Part shown: piece after piece, positions 38,970-51,115 of the stretch
How positions within the stretch are numbered: the stretch's first letter is position 1
Layout: every line of letters begins with the position of its first letter
Program-made: the position numbers and the translations under genes
The notes under the pieces: model-generated
What the model was told of the DNA's origin: nothing
Seen by the model: only the letters and a program-made list of their open reading frames with translations
Databases searched by the model: none
Source: Octopus bimaculoides
Lineage: Eukaryota
Reading direction: 5' to 3'
Assembly: GCF_001194135.2 (NCBI RefSeq)
Contig: NC_068988.1
Coordinates: forward strand, 35,072,579-35,136,578
DNA length: 64,000 nt

Positions 38970-39985
38970 AAAGGCAGTGTCTCCATGGCTTCTGAGCTTA
39001 ACTCTTTGGAAGTGTTATCATGTACATGTTTTTTCTCGGTATAAAAGATAGTCTGTAGCATATATTCTGCATGTCATTTGCTTGACCTAAGCCAGTTGAG
39101 CATGTCACTTAGTAGCTAACGATATGTGCATCTCTGATCATGAGCAGGAGTAGCAGGGGAGCATCATAGCTATGTGTTGAGGTGAATTCTTTAAGGATTG
39201 AATAATTCACCTTTGGAAACGTCAGTGTTTCGTTCACCATCCTTAAACAATACTTATTCAGAGACCTTTTTGGGCGGAATAAGCTACTCGACCTGAAGAA
39301 AGTTCTAACTGGGTGTCACCTACAAGGTCATGCACTGTTTATCTTGATATGAGATCACCATGTCGCACACATATGGTTGTGACGCGTGTGCCTGGTGTAC
39401 CCTTATTAGATGGGTGTACTAGGTTTCATATATTTGCACCCCAGCGTCATTTTTATTGCATGCGCTCCTCTCTCAGTCAGTCAATGGATAATAATAATAA
39501 TAATAAGTATAAAGATGGGCTACAGCAAATACTCTTCTCAATACCACAAATTTGCTTGTCAGTTGTTTGACCTTAACCAGTTAAGCACGTCCCCCTAGTT
39601 GCTGACGATATGTGAATCTCTGATCACGAGCAGAAGTAGTAAGGAGCATCTTAACCATGTTTTGGGATGAATTCTTCGGGGTTTGGATAATTCACCTTTG
39701 AAAACATGGGTGCTTCGTTCAACACTCTTAACTCTTATTCAAGGACCTTTTGAGCGGGATAAGCTACTCTACCTGAAGAAAATTCTAACTGGGCTCCACC
39801 TGCAAAGTCATGCGCTGTTTATCTTGATATGAAATCACCATGTCACTTTTATATGGCTGTGATGCATGTGCCTGGTGTACTTTTATCAGACATAATCATG
39901 ATGGGTATACTGGGCTTCTTATATTTTACCCCAATGTCATTTTGATGGCATCCACTGTTCTCTCACTCAATGATAATTCTAATAA
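38970..39985 (+). repeat. Two tandem copies of repeat family D (about 480-510 bp each) separated and followed by (AAT)n
   Basis: Shared blocks GATATGTG.ATCTCTGATCA.GAGCAG.AGTAG, GATAATTCACCTTTG, ATAAGCTACTC.ACCTGAAGAAA.TTCTAACTGGG and CTGTTTATCTTGATATGA.ATCACCATGTC; both copies end ...CTC..TCAATG.ATAAT. Confidence 0.9.
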
Positions 39986-39994
39986 TAATCCTTT

Positions 39995-40390
39995 CTACTA
40001 AAAGCACAAGGCTTGAAAATTTTGGGGTGGAGACTAGTCGATTACACCGACCCCAGTGTTACACTGCTACTCAATTTACCGACCCCGAAAGGATGAAAGG
40101 GAAAGTAGACCACGGCGGAATTTGAATCCAGAACGTAGCGACGGACGAAATACCGCTAAGCATTTCGTCCAGCGTGCTAACGATTCTGCCAGTTTGCCGC
40201 CTTATTAATAAGAGTAACAATGATAATCGTCTCTGCTGGAGGCAAAAGGCCTGAAATTGTGGGGCAGGGTGATAGTCGACTACATCGACCTCAGTGTTTC
40301 AGTTTATCAACCCCGAAAGGGTGGAAGGCAAAGCCGACCTCGGCGGAATTTGAACTCATGACGTAGCGGCAGATGAAATACCGCAGCGTG
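39995..40390 (-). mobile_element. Two tandem SINE family B copies
   Basis: CCCCGAAAGG.TG.AAGG..AAG..GACC.CGGCGGAATTTGAA at about 40083 and 40311, with an AAT-rich spacer. Confidence 0.9.
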
Positions 40391-40849
40391 CGAATAAACA
40401 CACAAGATTGTTCATTTACAAAATCAAATACAGCTGTGGGAAAAAATTTTTTTCATAGAAGTTTATCGTCCTCACAGAGACAATGCTCTTGTCAATACGT
40501 GTGACAGTTAACACAACCTTTTGCACTGCTGACAGGGATGGTTAGCCAGACATTATTCTCAAATAATTTTCGCCCCCCCCCTTTTTTTATCATTCCTAGT
40601 TCTCTTACAACCACTGGTATTGTAAATGTCTTGAGATGCTATATTAATTGGATTTCAATGAGCAAATCTTTATATTTTCTGAATTTGTCAAAAGTCTTTT
40701 GCCGAAATATGTTCACAAGGAATACTCATGTCAATCGATAAACAGATGTAATTATTTTGGCCTTTTACAACAATATCCAGTTCATTAGCTTTGACACTTT
40801 TGTCTGTGTGTACAGGAAAGTCCCAAAGAATCTTTACTAGGACGGTATA

Positions 40850-41180
40850 CTCTTTAGTGTCGGATAAGATGCTTTGCAGTATTTCTTCCGACTCTTTACC
40901 TTATAACTTCAAATCCTGCCGAGGTCAACTTTGCCTTTCATCCCACCGAATTCGATGAAAATACACTAGTCAAGTACTGGGGTAGATGGTATCGATTAAA
41001 CCCCCTCCCTAAAAGTTTCATTTTGTGTTTAAATTAATATTCACTTTTGGATCAAATTCCACCGACCTTCGCCTTTCTTCCTTTAGGTGTTGATAAAAGA
41101 AGTACCAGTTGTGTACTGGGTTCGATGTAATCGATTAGCTTCTTCCCACACAATATCAGGCTGTGTGTCTTTAGAATGAT
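40850..41180 (+). mobile_element. Two decayed SINE family B copies
   Basis: GAGGTCAACTTTGCCTTTCATCCC (about 40920) and CGCCTTTCTTCCTTTAGGTGTTGATAAAAGAAGTACCAG (about 41070). Confidence 0.75.
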
Positions 41181-41231
41181 GAGCTTAATGGCATTTACTT
41201 TATAATAAAAAGGTTTATCATTATTATTATT

Positions 41232-41755
41232 CGATGAAAACTCTCAGCTTATGTTCCTGGGTATGATAGAAAGTGTCAGCTGTCTACAGCCAGCAGACTA
41301 TGGTGACATTTGTTTACTAGTTATGCTTCAAGGACCCTGCAAAACATTCTTGCAGTTCCAAGCAATGCTGATTTTTGTAGGTGTTCTGTCCTTACATTTG
41401 TACCAATCTTTTTGAGTCATGTTAGTAGTTGAGTGTTGGTACTTCAAAGTGCACCAGTTACTGTTGGTATCACGTCGACTCTCATCATTCACCACAGTTT
41501 TCGTATTTCCCACTTCAAATTGTCGTAGTTGCTCAGTTTTTCCTTTCTCTTTGATCTTGCTGTCACCTGGACGTGCTATGTCGATTAAAATGCATGTTCT
41601 TTCTTTCTTATTCACCACAACAATGTCCGGTTTCCGATGTATAGTCAGATGACCACACTGAATTATTGCATCCCAAAGGATTTTGCAAAATTCATTCTCG
41701 GTGACTCTTGGGGTTTGCTTTTTGTAGGCCGTAACTTCCCTATGGATCATTCTCC
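41232..41755 (-). mobile_element. 5'-truncated R4/Dong-type non-LTR retrotransposon: RLE domain, 3' UTR and (AAT)n tail
   Basis: KILWDAIIQCGHLTIHRKPDIVVVNKKERTCILIDIARPGD (PD-(D/E)xK-type RLE signature), then with frameshifts VDVIPTVTGAL and TEHLQKSALLGTARMFCRVLEA*. A 3' UTR of about 90 nt is followed on the element strand by AATAATAATAA (41219-41231). Confidence 0.88.
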
Positions 41756-41811
41756 CAATGGATCATTCTCGTCAATTTGCTAACGACATGCCTATTATTA
41801 TTATTATTATT

Positions 41812-41991
41812 AGCACGCTGGCAAAATGCTTAGTGGCATTTCGTCAATCTTTACGTTCTGAATTCATATTCCACCGAGGTCGAGTTTGCCCTTCATCCTT
41901 ACATAAAATAAGTATCACTGAAACACTGGGATCGATGTAATCGATTAGTCCCCTCCCCGAAAATTTCAGGCCTTGTGCCTTTAGTAGAAAG

Positions 41992-42044
<53 letters not shown>

Positions 42045-42238
42045 GCGCGCCGGACGAAATGCTTAGCGGTATTTCGCTCGACCCTACTTTCTGAGTTCAA
42101 ATTCTGCCAAGGTCGACTTTGCCTTTCATCCTCTCGGTGTCGATAAAATAAGTACCAGTTGAACATTGGGGTCGATGTAATCGACTCATTTCCTCTCCTA
42201 AAATTGCTGCCTTGTGGCAAAATTTGAGACCATTATTA
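41812..42238 (+). mobile_element. Two tandem SINE family B copies, each preceded by (ATT)n
   Basis: (ATT)n-AGCACGCTGGCAAAATGCTTAG...AGTAGAAAGC-(ATT)n-AGCGCGCCGGACGAAATGCTTAGCGG...GAGACCATTATTATT. Confidence 0.9.
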
Positions 42239-43090
42239 TTAATAGTATTAGCAGTGGTAGTGGTCGACAAAATAGTATCGCAAGTAACTAGTCAACAACC
42301 CACCTACTCTTATGGCGATATTTGTTTTGTTATGCCAGCATGATAGTACGACTACGATGTACAGTTTCGATTATTTATGTTTTTGGTTGAGAACTGCCAA
42401 CACTAATTACTTTTAATATCAGATCGATGACTTATGTTTGTTTTATCTATTATAATTTACATTAATTGTTATCACATCGAACACCGCTGATAGACAACCC
42501 GTCGTTTTCTTTTGGCTGAGAAAGGCAGACAAAATATTCCTTTGTCTGGTAGCTGCAGCGAAAGTGGTTGTGTTGCAGACGATGTTAAAAGAAATGAAAA
42601 TTGATTTATTCCTCTTCGGCCATGTCCTCATCAACTATTTTCAATTTCACTTGGAAAGAAATATGGGACTAGGGTCAGTGTCGCCTGAAGGCATAGGCAC
42701 ACGGGGCAGTTACCCGGGGGTCCAACAGGTTCAGGAACCAGATTCTGATCTATGTATACCGTGGCTAACTGTCAATAAATAATGTAGGCCCCAGTGCACT
42801 GATTTTCCCAGGGGCTTATAATGCTGCTGAGACGACCCTGGGTAGATTGAGCATTGCAGTGCTCTCCACCCCATTTCACCCAGAAAATTCTTTGAACAGT
42901 GGAGGAGAGTAGCAAATTTTCGCACGTGTAAATAAGCCTACTCTGAGCATATGTCTGCAGGTAGGGCAAATGCTGAATGAGGGCGCCAACTTCGTGATCA
43001 GAGTTATAGCAATTTACTGGTATTTTATTTTAATGACGCCAGAGGGATGAAAAGGAAAGCATTTATCTCATCATCATCATCATCGTCATG

Positions 43091-43124
<34 letters not shown>

Positions 43125-43126
<2 letters not shown>

Positions 43127-43640
43127 GGTGGCTGTGGCGAAAGAATTTGTTTGGTGGACAAGGCTGAAAGGCATGAGGACAAATACATTCCTCTTTGGTA
43201 GAGCTCTCGTTGACGTCTTCAAGTTTCACTTGAAAAGGAAATTGTGAGTGGAGAGAGAAGCGCTGTCCTCGAGTGAGTTTATTAAAAGGTGAATGAAAGT
43301 TGCGAAAATGGCAAGAGTGGGTGATACCTCTCTAAGTGTAGACCTGTGAGTCGGAGAGAAGAAATTGGAGAGGGTACTTGCTCTTGGGGTTTCAGGGAAA
43401 TCTCGGACAGTGGGGTTCCTCGATTATCCTTAGAGGCCTTCCTGTATCAGGAGGGCCACATTTCTATCATCCTCTCCGCCACTTTTTTTAACGTTTGTAT
43501 GCTATGCATATGTCTCTTCTTTTTCAATGTATACCGTGTATACTTTTTTTATCATTTCATCACATGTAAACCCCCACGCGTTATGTCTGTCTTTCCATTG
43601 TCCCCCTCATCCTTCGCCCTTGTAGCAAATAAATGAAATA
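43125..43640 (+). mobile_element. 3' end of a Tx1-clade (L1 group) non-LTR retrotransposon
   Basis: Frame from 43128 reads VAVAKEFVWWTRLKGMRTNTFLFGRALVDVFKFHLKRKL*VEREALSSSEFIKR*MKVAKMARVGDTSLSVDL*, matching the Tx1 ORF2 C-terminal pattern (AK..IW..R...F...L..R...E...F..RW). Pyrimidine-rich 3' UTR, AATAAA at 43628, and (ATT)n on both sides. Confidence 0.7.
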
Positions 43641-43670
43641 TTATTATTATTATCATTATCATTACTACTG

Positions 43671-43885
43671 AAGGCGGAAAGCTGGCACAATCGTTAGCAC
43701 GCCTGTTAAAATGCTTAACGGCATTTCGTCCGTCTTTACGTTCTGAGTTCAAATTCCGCCGAGGTCGACTTTGCCGTTCATCGATTCGAAGTCGATAAAT
43801 TAAGTAACAGTGAAACACTGGGGTCGATATAATCGACTAGTCCCCTCTCCCCAAATTTCAAGCCTCGTGCGTCTAGTAAAAAGGA
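43671..43885 (+). mobile_element. SINE family B, full length
   Basis: AAGGCGGAAAGCTGGCACAATCGTTAGCACGCC...TTCTGAGTTCAAATTCCGCCGAGGTCGACTTTGCC...AGTAAAAAGG followed by (ATT)n. Confidence 0.9.
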
Positions 43886-44527
43886 TTATTATTATTATTA
43901 TTAATATTAATAATAATAATGATAATCATTTCCTTATTTGCCGTCAGGGCGACTGAGAAGACATTAATAATAATAATAACGATAATCATAATCATGAAAG
44001 AAATGTCGCATTAGTTGCGTTGCATTTTAATAGTTATCAGGAAAGAACTAATTGTGGCTTCAAGACATTGAGATGTTTTGTACAGCTAGTCTTCAAAATT
44101 ACTAAAGGTCAAAGTGAGTAACTACCGACCATTTTTTCTTTCTATTTTTCGACATCTCCTTTTCTTTTACTCTCTGTCACAGACATACATACACACACAC
44201 ACACACACGCACGTCTAGAAAGTAAAGATACAGCATGAAAAAGAATAACAAAATGGCCGACAAATCGATCACTAAGAAATGAAGTGGATATGACGTCTAT
44301 ATGTAAAAATAAATTTTAAAAGACGACGAATAGTCATCTGCTAGGATTGGTGTTTGAATTATATTCATATATACATTTTACATATACATACACACGCGTG
44401 TGTGAACGCATGATGTGCATACGCATACCCATATATATGCATGTTTGTGTGATTGCATACATTTTTATTAATGTACACACACTCACACAAATGTTTATGT
44501 GCACACATGTGTACCGAAATGTATAAT

Positions 44528-44567
<40 letters not shown>

Positions 44568-45338
44568 GCATGTGAAGCCTAATTCTTCATATGTTATATA
44601 TACGTGCGTGTGTGTGCGCGTTAATGTCGAAGTTCATAGATTTCTTAGATTAGAGAGGTGAAAAAGGCAAGGAAAGGAATGAGAGTGTAAATAAAAGATA
44701 TTTCACTTGACGTACTCTTAAGATGTCGACTTCAGTGCCAAGCTAACAAGGCTGTTTGTCTGGATATGCTGGAAATGTATTTTGTGCTAATAATTGGATA
44801 AAGAAGCCACACTTGAACACCCATACTCTCTGTCTTTCTCTCTCGCTTTCTACTCTCTTTTTCTCTGCTTTTCCGTGTCTTATTTTCTTTGGCTTTTCTA
44901 AGTTCTCTGTTACCTAGTGGAATACACATTCGCCAACATTTATATTACATGGATAAGCCGCTAGGTGAGACACAAGCAAGCAACTTCAATGTAATATCGT
45001 AATTCTTGTATGGACAGTAAAGAAGGTTATATCAACTTTTCGGGCAATAGTCCTTCGTCAAAGCTACACGCTGATAGGGAGTAGTGGGACCAAGATGTTT
45101 TACTTTAGCACAGGTGAGTGAACAACGGCAAGAGTTATAAAAATAATAGGCATGGATGGAAAAATGAAGTATGTAGTAAAATTGGTTCACGTCCGTGCGA
45201 CATGCCTAAGGGATGAAATGAAGTGTGTGAGAAGAGTTCGTCTATGCATGTGTGTAAATCTTAGTAAAACTAGAGTTCGGTGTATGAGCAAGTTGGTGTG
45301 TGTTTGCATGTGGAGGATGAGTAATGGTATGTGCTTAA

Positions 45339-45615
45339 CCCATTACCTACCAGTGATCTCATATGAGATCACTTAAAAATTACAAATTTCGTAATTATCT
45401 GTCAATATTTACACATATCTAACCATTTTGCTATATCTACTAGGTATATTTCTCTGATATTCAAATGAGGTTTGCTAATTTTTCACCCACTATCTCGCTT
45501 ACTTCTATTTAAAATGTTATTTTGATCATTCCAGCGTGTTTCTAAGGCTGTTTTATGCAAGAAATCAAAATTTCACAAAAAGATTCCATTTAATAGAATT
45601 ATGGGAGGTAATGGG
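45339..45615. mobile_element. piggyBac-like MITE, 277 bp, TTAA target site duplication
   Basis: TTAA|CCCATTACCTACCA ... TGGGAGGTAATGGG|TTAA: TIRs match at 13 of 14 positions, TTAA at 45335-45338 and 45616-45619. Confidence 0.85.
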
Positions 45616-46437
45616 TTAAGGCTTGGTAACGTAGGGTATATATATGAGTATAAGTGACGAACTGCGTGAGTGCATAGTTAGAGAACGTGGCTGGTATGGG
45701 GTATCTGTGGGTAGAAAAGGGCTGGTGAGACTTTTGTATGTGCACGTGGGATTATTTAAAGGAAAGTTAATCAGTTATTAAAATCAAGGGGGATTGATGT
45801 CTACATGGAACTAACAGCGGAAACGATAGTACCTCAAGATAGTGAGATACAGATGGGAACAGATACACTGTTTGAAGACAAAAAAGACGGATTGTCACAC
45901 CTAAAGCTTCGTAGACAAGATTTATGTTAGTTGCATCATCTGACCTAAGGCGAGATAATGATAATCAAAAAGGATCAAATGTCCTTCCCGAGTCATAGGT
46001 TCATTGGGACTCTTTCTCTGATTCTGTGGAGTATACGTTTGGACCTCCCCAGACAGGATGACTTTTATTATTATAGGTTTATCCATTTTTGCCAGCTGAG
46101 TGCACTTGAGCAACATAAAATGGAGTGTATTGCTCAATAACAACTCATCGCTCGGTCTAAAATCCGAAACCATAATCTTACGAATAATGAATTTATGATC
46201 TTTCGAGAGAAGGTGGAATAATTCTTTTGGGGGAATTTGTTCTTGAAGTACATATAAAGCCATGAGTAATAGGGTTGAAAAAAAGGTTGAAAATCCCTTT
46301 TGGATAGAAAAGAAATTAAAGGAAGTTAGTAAGATCGGCTAAAATGGATCTGTAATACTATTTGCTTTGATTAATAAACCTATTCTATTTGACAAATATA
46401 CGAGTATATATCTTTCTGACTTATAGATTCTTAGGCC

Positions 46438-46483
<46 letters not shown>

Positions 46484-48434
46484 GGGATGAGGATATAATT
46501 ATAGTCAAATATATTTATTTCGGTAGTTCATTTTGTCGACTCCTGGAGAATATTAGTCAAAATTGATTTAGGTAGGATTTGTTCATACAAACATTAATCA
46601 GGGGAAATAAAATTTATTTCAAGATGGGATAGCCACGGTTAAAATGTACTTCACCATAGATCTCCACAACCAGAGCTGACCACCAGTTGAATAAAGTGAA
46701 AGCATAACTTGTCATTGTTCTAGGATTACAAAGATATACAATGAAACACGCTATGCTTATTCGATGAAAAGGTCAGTGCTGGAATATTTGAAACCACAGG
46801 TGTTGTAGTTTTCTGTGAGTTTAAATGCTTCAACACAACTTTTGATTCTCCTTAGGCCTGCTTCAGTTTCCAGCATCTTCTATGTTTTCTCTACGGGAGA
46901 ACTACATAGCTAGCAGGGCACTAACATGATAGTTATCTCCCTTCATTCCATGTTCTTGTCGGCATAACAGTAGGTTGGTTGGATAAAGGTTAACGTGGAT
47001 TTATAAACGACAACGGTTATTTATAAGTATTCTTGTGAAAAATAAGAGAAGCTCTCACACAATCTCTCATTTTCTCCGACTTCTATAGATTTCTGTCTGT
47101 AAGAAGTTATGATTACCAAAAGAATACTAAATGTCTTCCAGGGTCCACTTTGCACTTTGGCCCTCTTAGGGGTCAGCTAATAAACTAAATACCAATCAAA
47201 ATATTCGTCAATTCTGTCGTCTTAAGATCCCTGCCTTGTAAAATATACTGCGTTATTGTGCTAGAGTAAGAAATTATTCGTAACACGGAGTTCCTGATTC
47301 GCCAAATACTACGGTCCGTCCAATAACAGCCAGGTATGCACAGAAGACTATTGTATCCAGCAGGCGCGCTTGTGTATATATATAAGTATGGGTGTGAATG
47401 TATTGTGTACGTATGTGTACGTACATATGTGTGTGTGTATATATATATACGCACACAATATCTTTCACTTGTCCTCTCTTTCTTTTTCTCTCACTTCCTC
47501 TCTCTCTCTCTCTCTCTCGTTGTAGTCGATATTGGCAATGAGATTAAGACATAAATTATCATCGTCATTATTATCGTTATCATAATTATTATCATTATTA
47601 TCAGCATCAGCATTGTTATCATAATTAATATAATAAGAACAAAAATAAGAATAATAATGGCGAGAACAATAATAATAATTAGCTCCGCTAACACCTCCAA
47701 CCCTAGCGAAAGTCATCGATATTTCTTGTTGCTGTTCGTTCGTTCGTTCTTTTATTATTACAGAAATCTCTTAACCATTCATCTTAGCTACAAATCAATT
47801 TCTGGTTGGACGAGTGGAACGATCACTCTCTCTCTCTCCAACTTACCCGACTCCATGCCAAGAATCAATGATGAAACAACAGCAATAATAATGATAATAA
47901 TAATAATAATAATAATAATAAGTAGTAGTAATGCTGACATCTTAAACAAGAGCTAGAATAATAACCATAAATTGAGGAAAGAGAAATGGAAGAGTCATTA
48001 CTTGAACATCATAAAATTCGCTTTTTGTTCCCCTGTTTCCTGGCCTTCTGTTTTTCTCCTGCTCTCCACTGTAGCCGCCTCCTCTTCTTCCACTGTGAAA
48101 ATTAGACTTACGTACATGCATACAGTTATCAACCCAGTATATATGTGTGTGTGTGTGTTTGTACGCACGCGCGCTCACACACACATGTAAACGTTCTACA
48201 TGCATATATGTATGCACATACACATAATATATAAATACATTTGATATTATCTCATAGCGTGTTTTCCAAAGCTCCTCAACGGGTATCGGCTACTCAATGT
48301 TATACAGCAGGATTTCTCTTTTACTGGATATACATGTGGAAATCCGTGAATATCCGCAGAGATTATGCAAAAGAATTTTAATACCAGAAGGTGGAATGAA
48401 CAGGCTCTATTCCAAATCACTACAGCTGAACTTT

Positions 48435-48780
48435 GCTTCCCAGCAACATAGTTCTGGGTTCAATCCTACTGCACGGCATCATGGACAGGGCCGACGAAAG
48501 GCTTATTAAGTGGATTTGGTAGACGGAAACTGAAAGAAGCCCGTCGTATATATATATATATATATCTGTGTGTGTGTGTTTGTCCCCCCCCATCACGGCT
48601 TGACAACTGGTGTTGGTGTGTTTATGTCCTCGTAACTCAGCGGTTCGGCAAAGGACCGATAAATTAAGTACTAGGCTTTTAAAATATAAGTCCTGGGGTC
48701 GATTTGTTCGACAAAAAGAAACCTTTCAAGGTGGTGCTCCAGTATGGCCGGAACCATATGATTGAAATAAGTAAAGGAAT
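48435..48780 (+). mobile_element. SINE family A, near full length
   Basis: CTTCCCAGCAACATAGTTCTGGGTTCAATCC...GTGGATTTGGTAGACGGAAACTGAAAGAAGCCCGTCG...ATAAGTCCTGGGGTCGATTTGTTCGAC. Confidence 0.85.
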
Positions 48781-48852
48781 ATATATATATNNNNNNNNNN
48801 NNNNNNNNNNNNNNNNNNNNNNNNNNNNNNNNNNNNNNNNNNNNNNNNNNNN

Positions 48853-49188
48853 GTGCGTTCGAAAAGTACTTGATTTTATTTTTTCCGTCAAAACTAATAG
48901 GTTACGCCGCCTTTCCTGAGCATGCGAAAAGATACGCGCCAGTAGGCCTTGTCATTTCCCGGTTTTTACTCCTAGAGTGCAGACGTATAAGACGCGCTCG
49001 TCGGGTTTTCGTTTTCACTAAAAATGACCGAACGCACCGAGCTAAGATATTGCATCAAATTTTGCTGAAAGTTTGGTGATACTTAAGCTCAGTCCATCTA
49101 GAAAATTCAACAGGCTTTCGGCGATTGTACCATAGGTAAAGCTCAGATCATGGAGTGGTACAACTTCTTCAAATATGGCTGCACCTAG
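48853..49188 (+). mobile_element. 5' fragment of a mariner (Tc1/mariner) transposon with a pseudogenised transposase N-terminus
   Basis: From ATG at 49024: MTERTELRYCIKFC*KFGDT*AQSI*KIQQAFGDCTIGKAQIMEWYNFFKYGCT*, the mariner HTH motif (QR..IKFC.K.G.T..ET...IQ.AFGD.....QI.EW...FK.G). TIR-like GTGCGTTCGAAAAGT abuts the gap. Confidence 0.85.
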
Positions 49189-49830
49189 CACCAGTTTACA
49201 CTGATAAACTCTCGCGCGCACATGTATATAGCAGGTTTCTGCACAGTTGCCGTCCATTAAATTCCCACTCTCGATATAGTCAACTGGAGGCTAGAGAAGA
49301 AGACACTTAACCAAAGTACTGTACACAGCATAGACTTAGTGCTTTCTTCTGAGGTTCATGAAGCAACAGATAATTGTTTATGAATTAGACTGAAATATAC
49401 ATATTAAGTGACGAAGCGGAAACTTTAACAACACATAGAAATAGAGACGACTGTACGTAAAGACTGCGTTTATCCCAGTGCAGACTTATCAACCTAACCA
49501 TAAACAAATTTTGTATAGATAGTAAGCACTAGTAGTCTCTAACTTCAGACAAATTACAAATAGAACAACACTGAAAAATAGTAGTTTAAAAAAATTGTAT
49601 CCAAATCTAATTTATTTCGATCTCTGAACATTTGTATCTGAAAGTTTTTTCCTGAAAGCTTTAGAATCCAAGAAAACCTGTCTTACATTGGTGACGCTAA
49701 TTTTGTTATGATAATTAACATTAGAAAGTTATTTCATGTCAAGAAATACGAAAATGTATCAATGCTAAGCTACAACAGAAGCAGAGACTTCCGATCTAGT
49801 CGGATTATGTTCGCGCGTATTGTATGTATG

Positions 49831-49876
<46 letters not shown>

Positions 49877-50019
49877 AGATGCCCTTGAATTGAGGCACCT
49901 CGTTAGGTCGAAATAATATACACACGCAAGAATATTATGTAAATATCATACTTAGTACATAAGGACCGGCCGAATGTTATGCTGTGTATGTAATAATTAG
50001 ACCCAGCTGAGTAAAGATA

Positions 50020-51115
50020 TCTGCTCTTGAGTTATTCAGACATGTACATTATATTAAATACACAGTACATAATATTTACGAAGGGCAGATTCCGAGACAG
50101 TAACAGTTGACACCTGTACTTCTACTGTTGCTCATATATATGGCACTAACATTAGAAAACAAACTCCACTTCGGACTATATAGAGATGATGGGCTAGCTC
50201 TATTATAATTGACCTATAATATGAATGGAAATATCAGGGACAAAGTAAAAATAAAACAAACATTCATTAACTATTTCAAAGAATTTTACCTGAAAACTAA
50301 AATAAACACAAGTCTAAAAATAGTAAATTTTCTACTTACGAGATATAAACAGGCAAATACTACCCCTTCTAAAAACCAAACGAAGAATATTATATCTCAG
50401 TATCGACTCTGAACCTCTGTCCACAGTTATAGAACATATCAGTGATATTCATTAACGAATAGCAAATCTCATTAGATAAGGAAATATATAAAAAAAAAAA
50501 AAGAAAAAAAGTTAACCGATACTACAATATAACCTTAGCAAGAAGTGGTTTCAAAGAGAAACTGAAATATATACAAGCTGTAATAAAGAAAAACATTAAA
50601 CTCAGAAACAGGTAGATAATATTTCTAATCTTTAGTTTATAAACTTATCTACAAACATAGCAAATAACTTCCTCACACTGATAAATATACACTTCACTTT
50701 ACTTAGATATCACAATATATTTAAAAGAATTTCTATAAAAGCCAACTCCTTTTGTTTGGACAATATAGGCTCACAAATCTTCAACTAAAATGATGCAATG
50801 CAAACTGTCTGTTAATAGAAAATGGTTATCGAAACTGCTAGTGAATAGAGTTGGTGTAAGATTAAAAGATAATTCGAAAAGGGCATACAGAAGGTTAACA
50901 GAAAACACTTTTAAATATAGGAGCAAAATAACTCCCCTTTGTTATTATAATAGACATGGTACTTCAAAGAGAGTGGATAAGAAACAAATACGATAACATG
51001 GAGTATAACTAAGGAAGCAATACTATGCTACGGAGGTGGAAGCAGCAAGTATTTATTCACTACTTAAAAGTTTGAAATATAAACTACCCCTGGCAACGCT
51101 TTGAATGGGGCGAGG
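50020..51115 (+). mobile_element. Heavily decayed Penelope-like element (RT, linker and GIY-YIG region)
   Basis: Ordered remnants across frames: HFGLYRDDGLA (about 50168), RYKQANTTP, SGFKEKLKY, STNIANNFLTLINIHF, AYRRLTENTFKYR (GIY-YIG-like) and ITWSITKEAILCYGGGS...K.EI..PGNALN. The order and spacing match PLE ORFs. Confidence 0.75.

Noticed and set aside
36750-43885. Regularly recurring conserved words that could be mistaken for a CRISPR-like array
   Set aside because: They are SINE copies of 150-250 bp on both strands with irregular spacing; there are no cas genes and the context is eukaryotic.
45922-46263. 113-aa ORF
   Set aside because: Largely overlaps a decayed SINE C copy.
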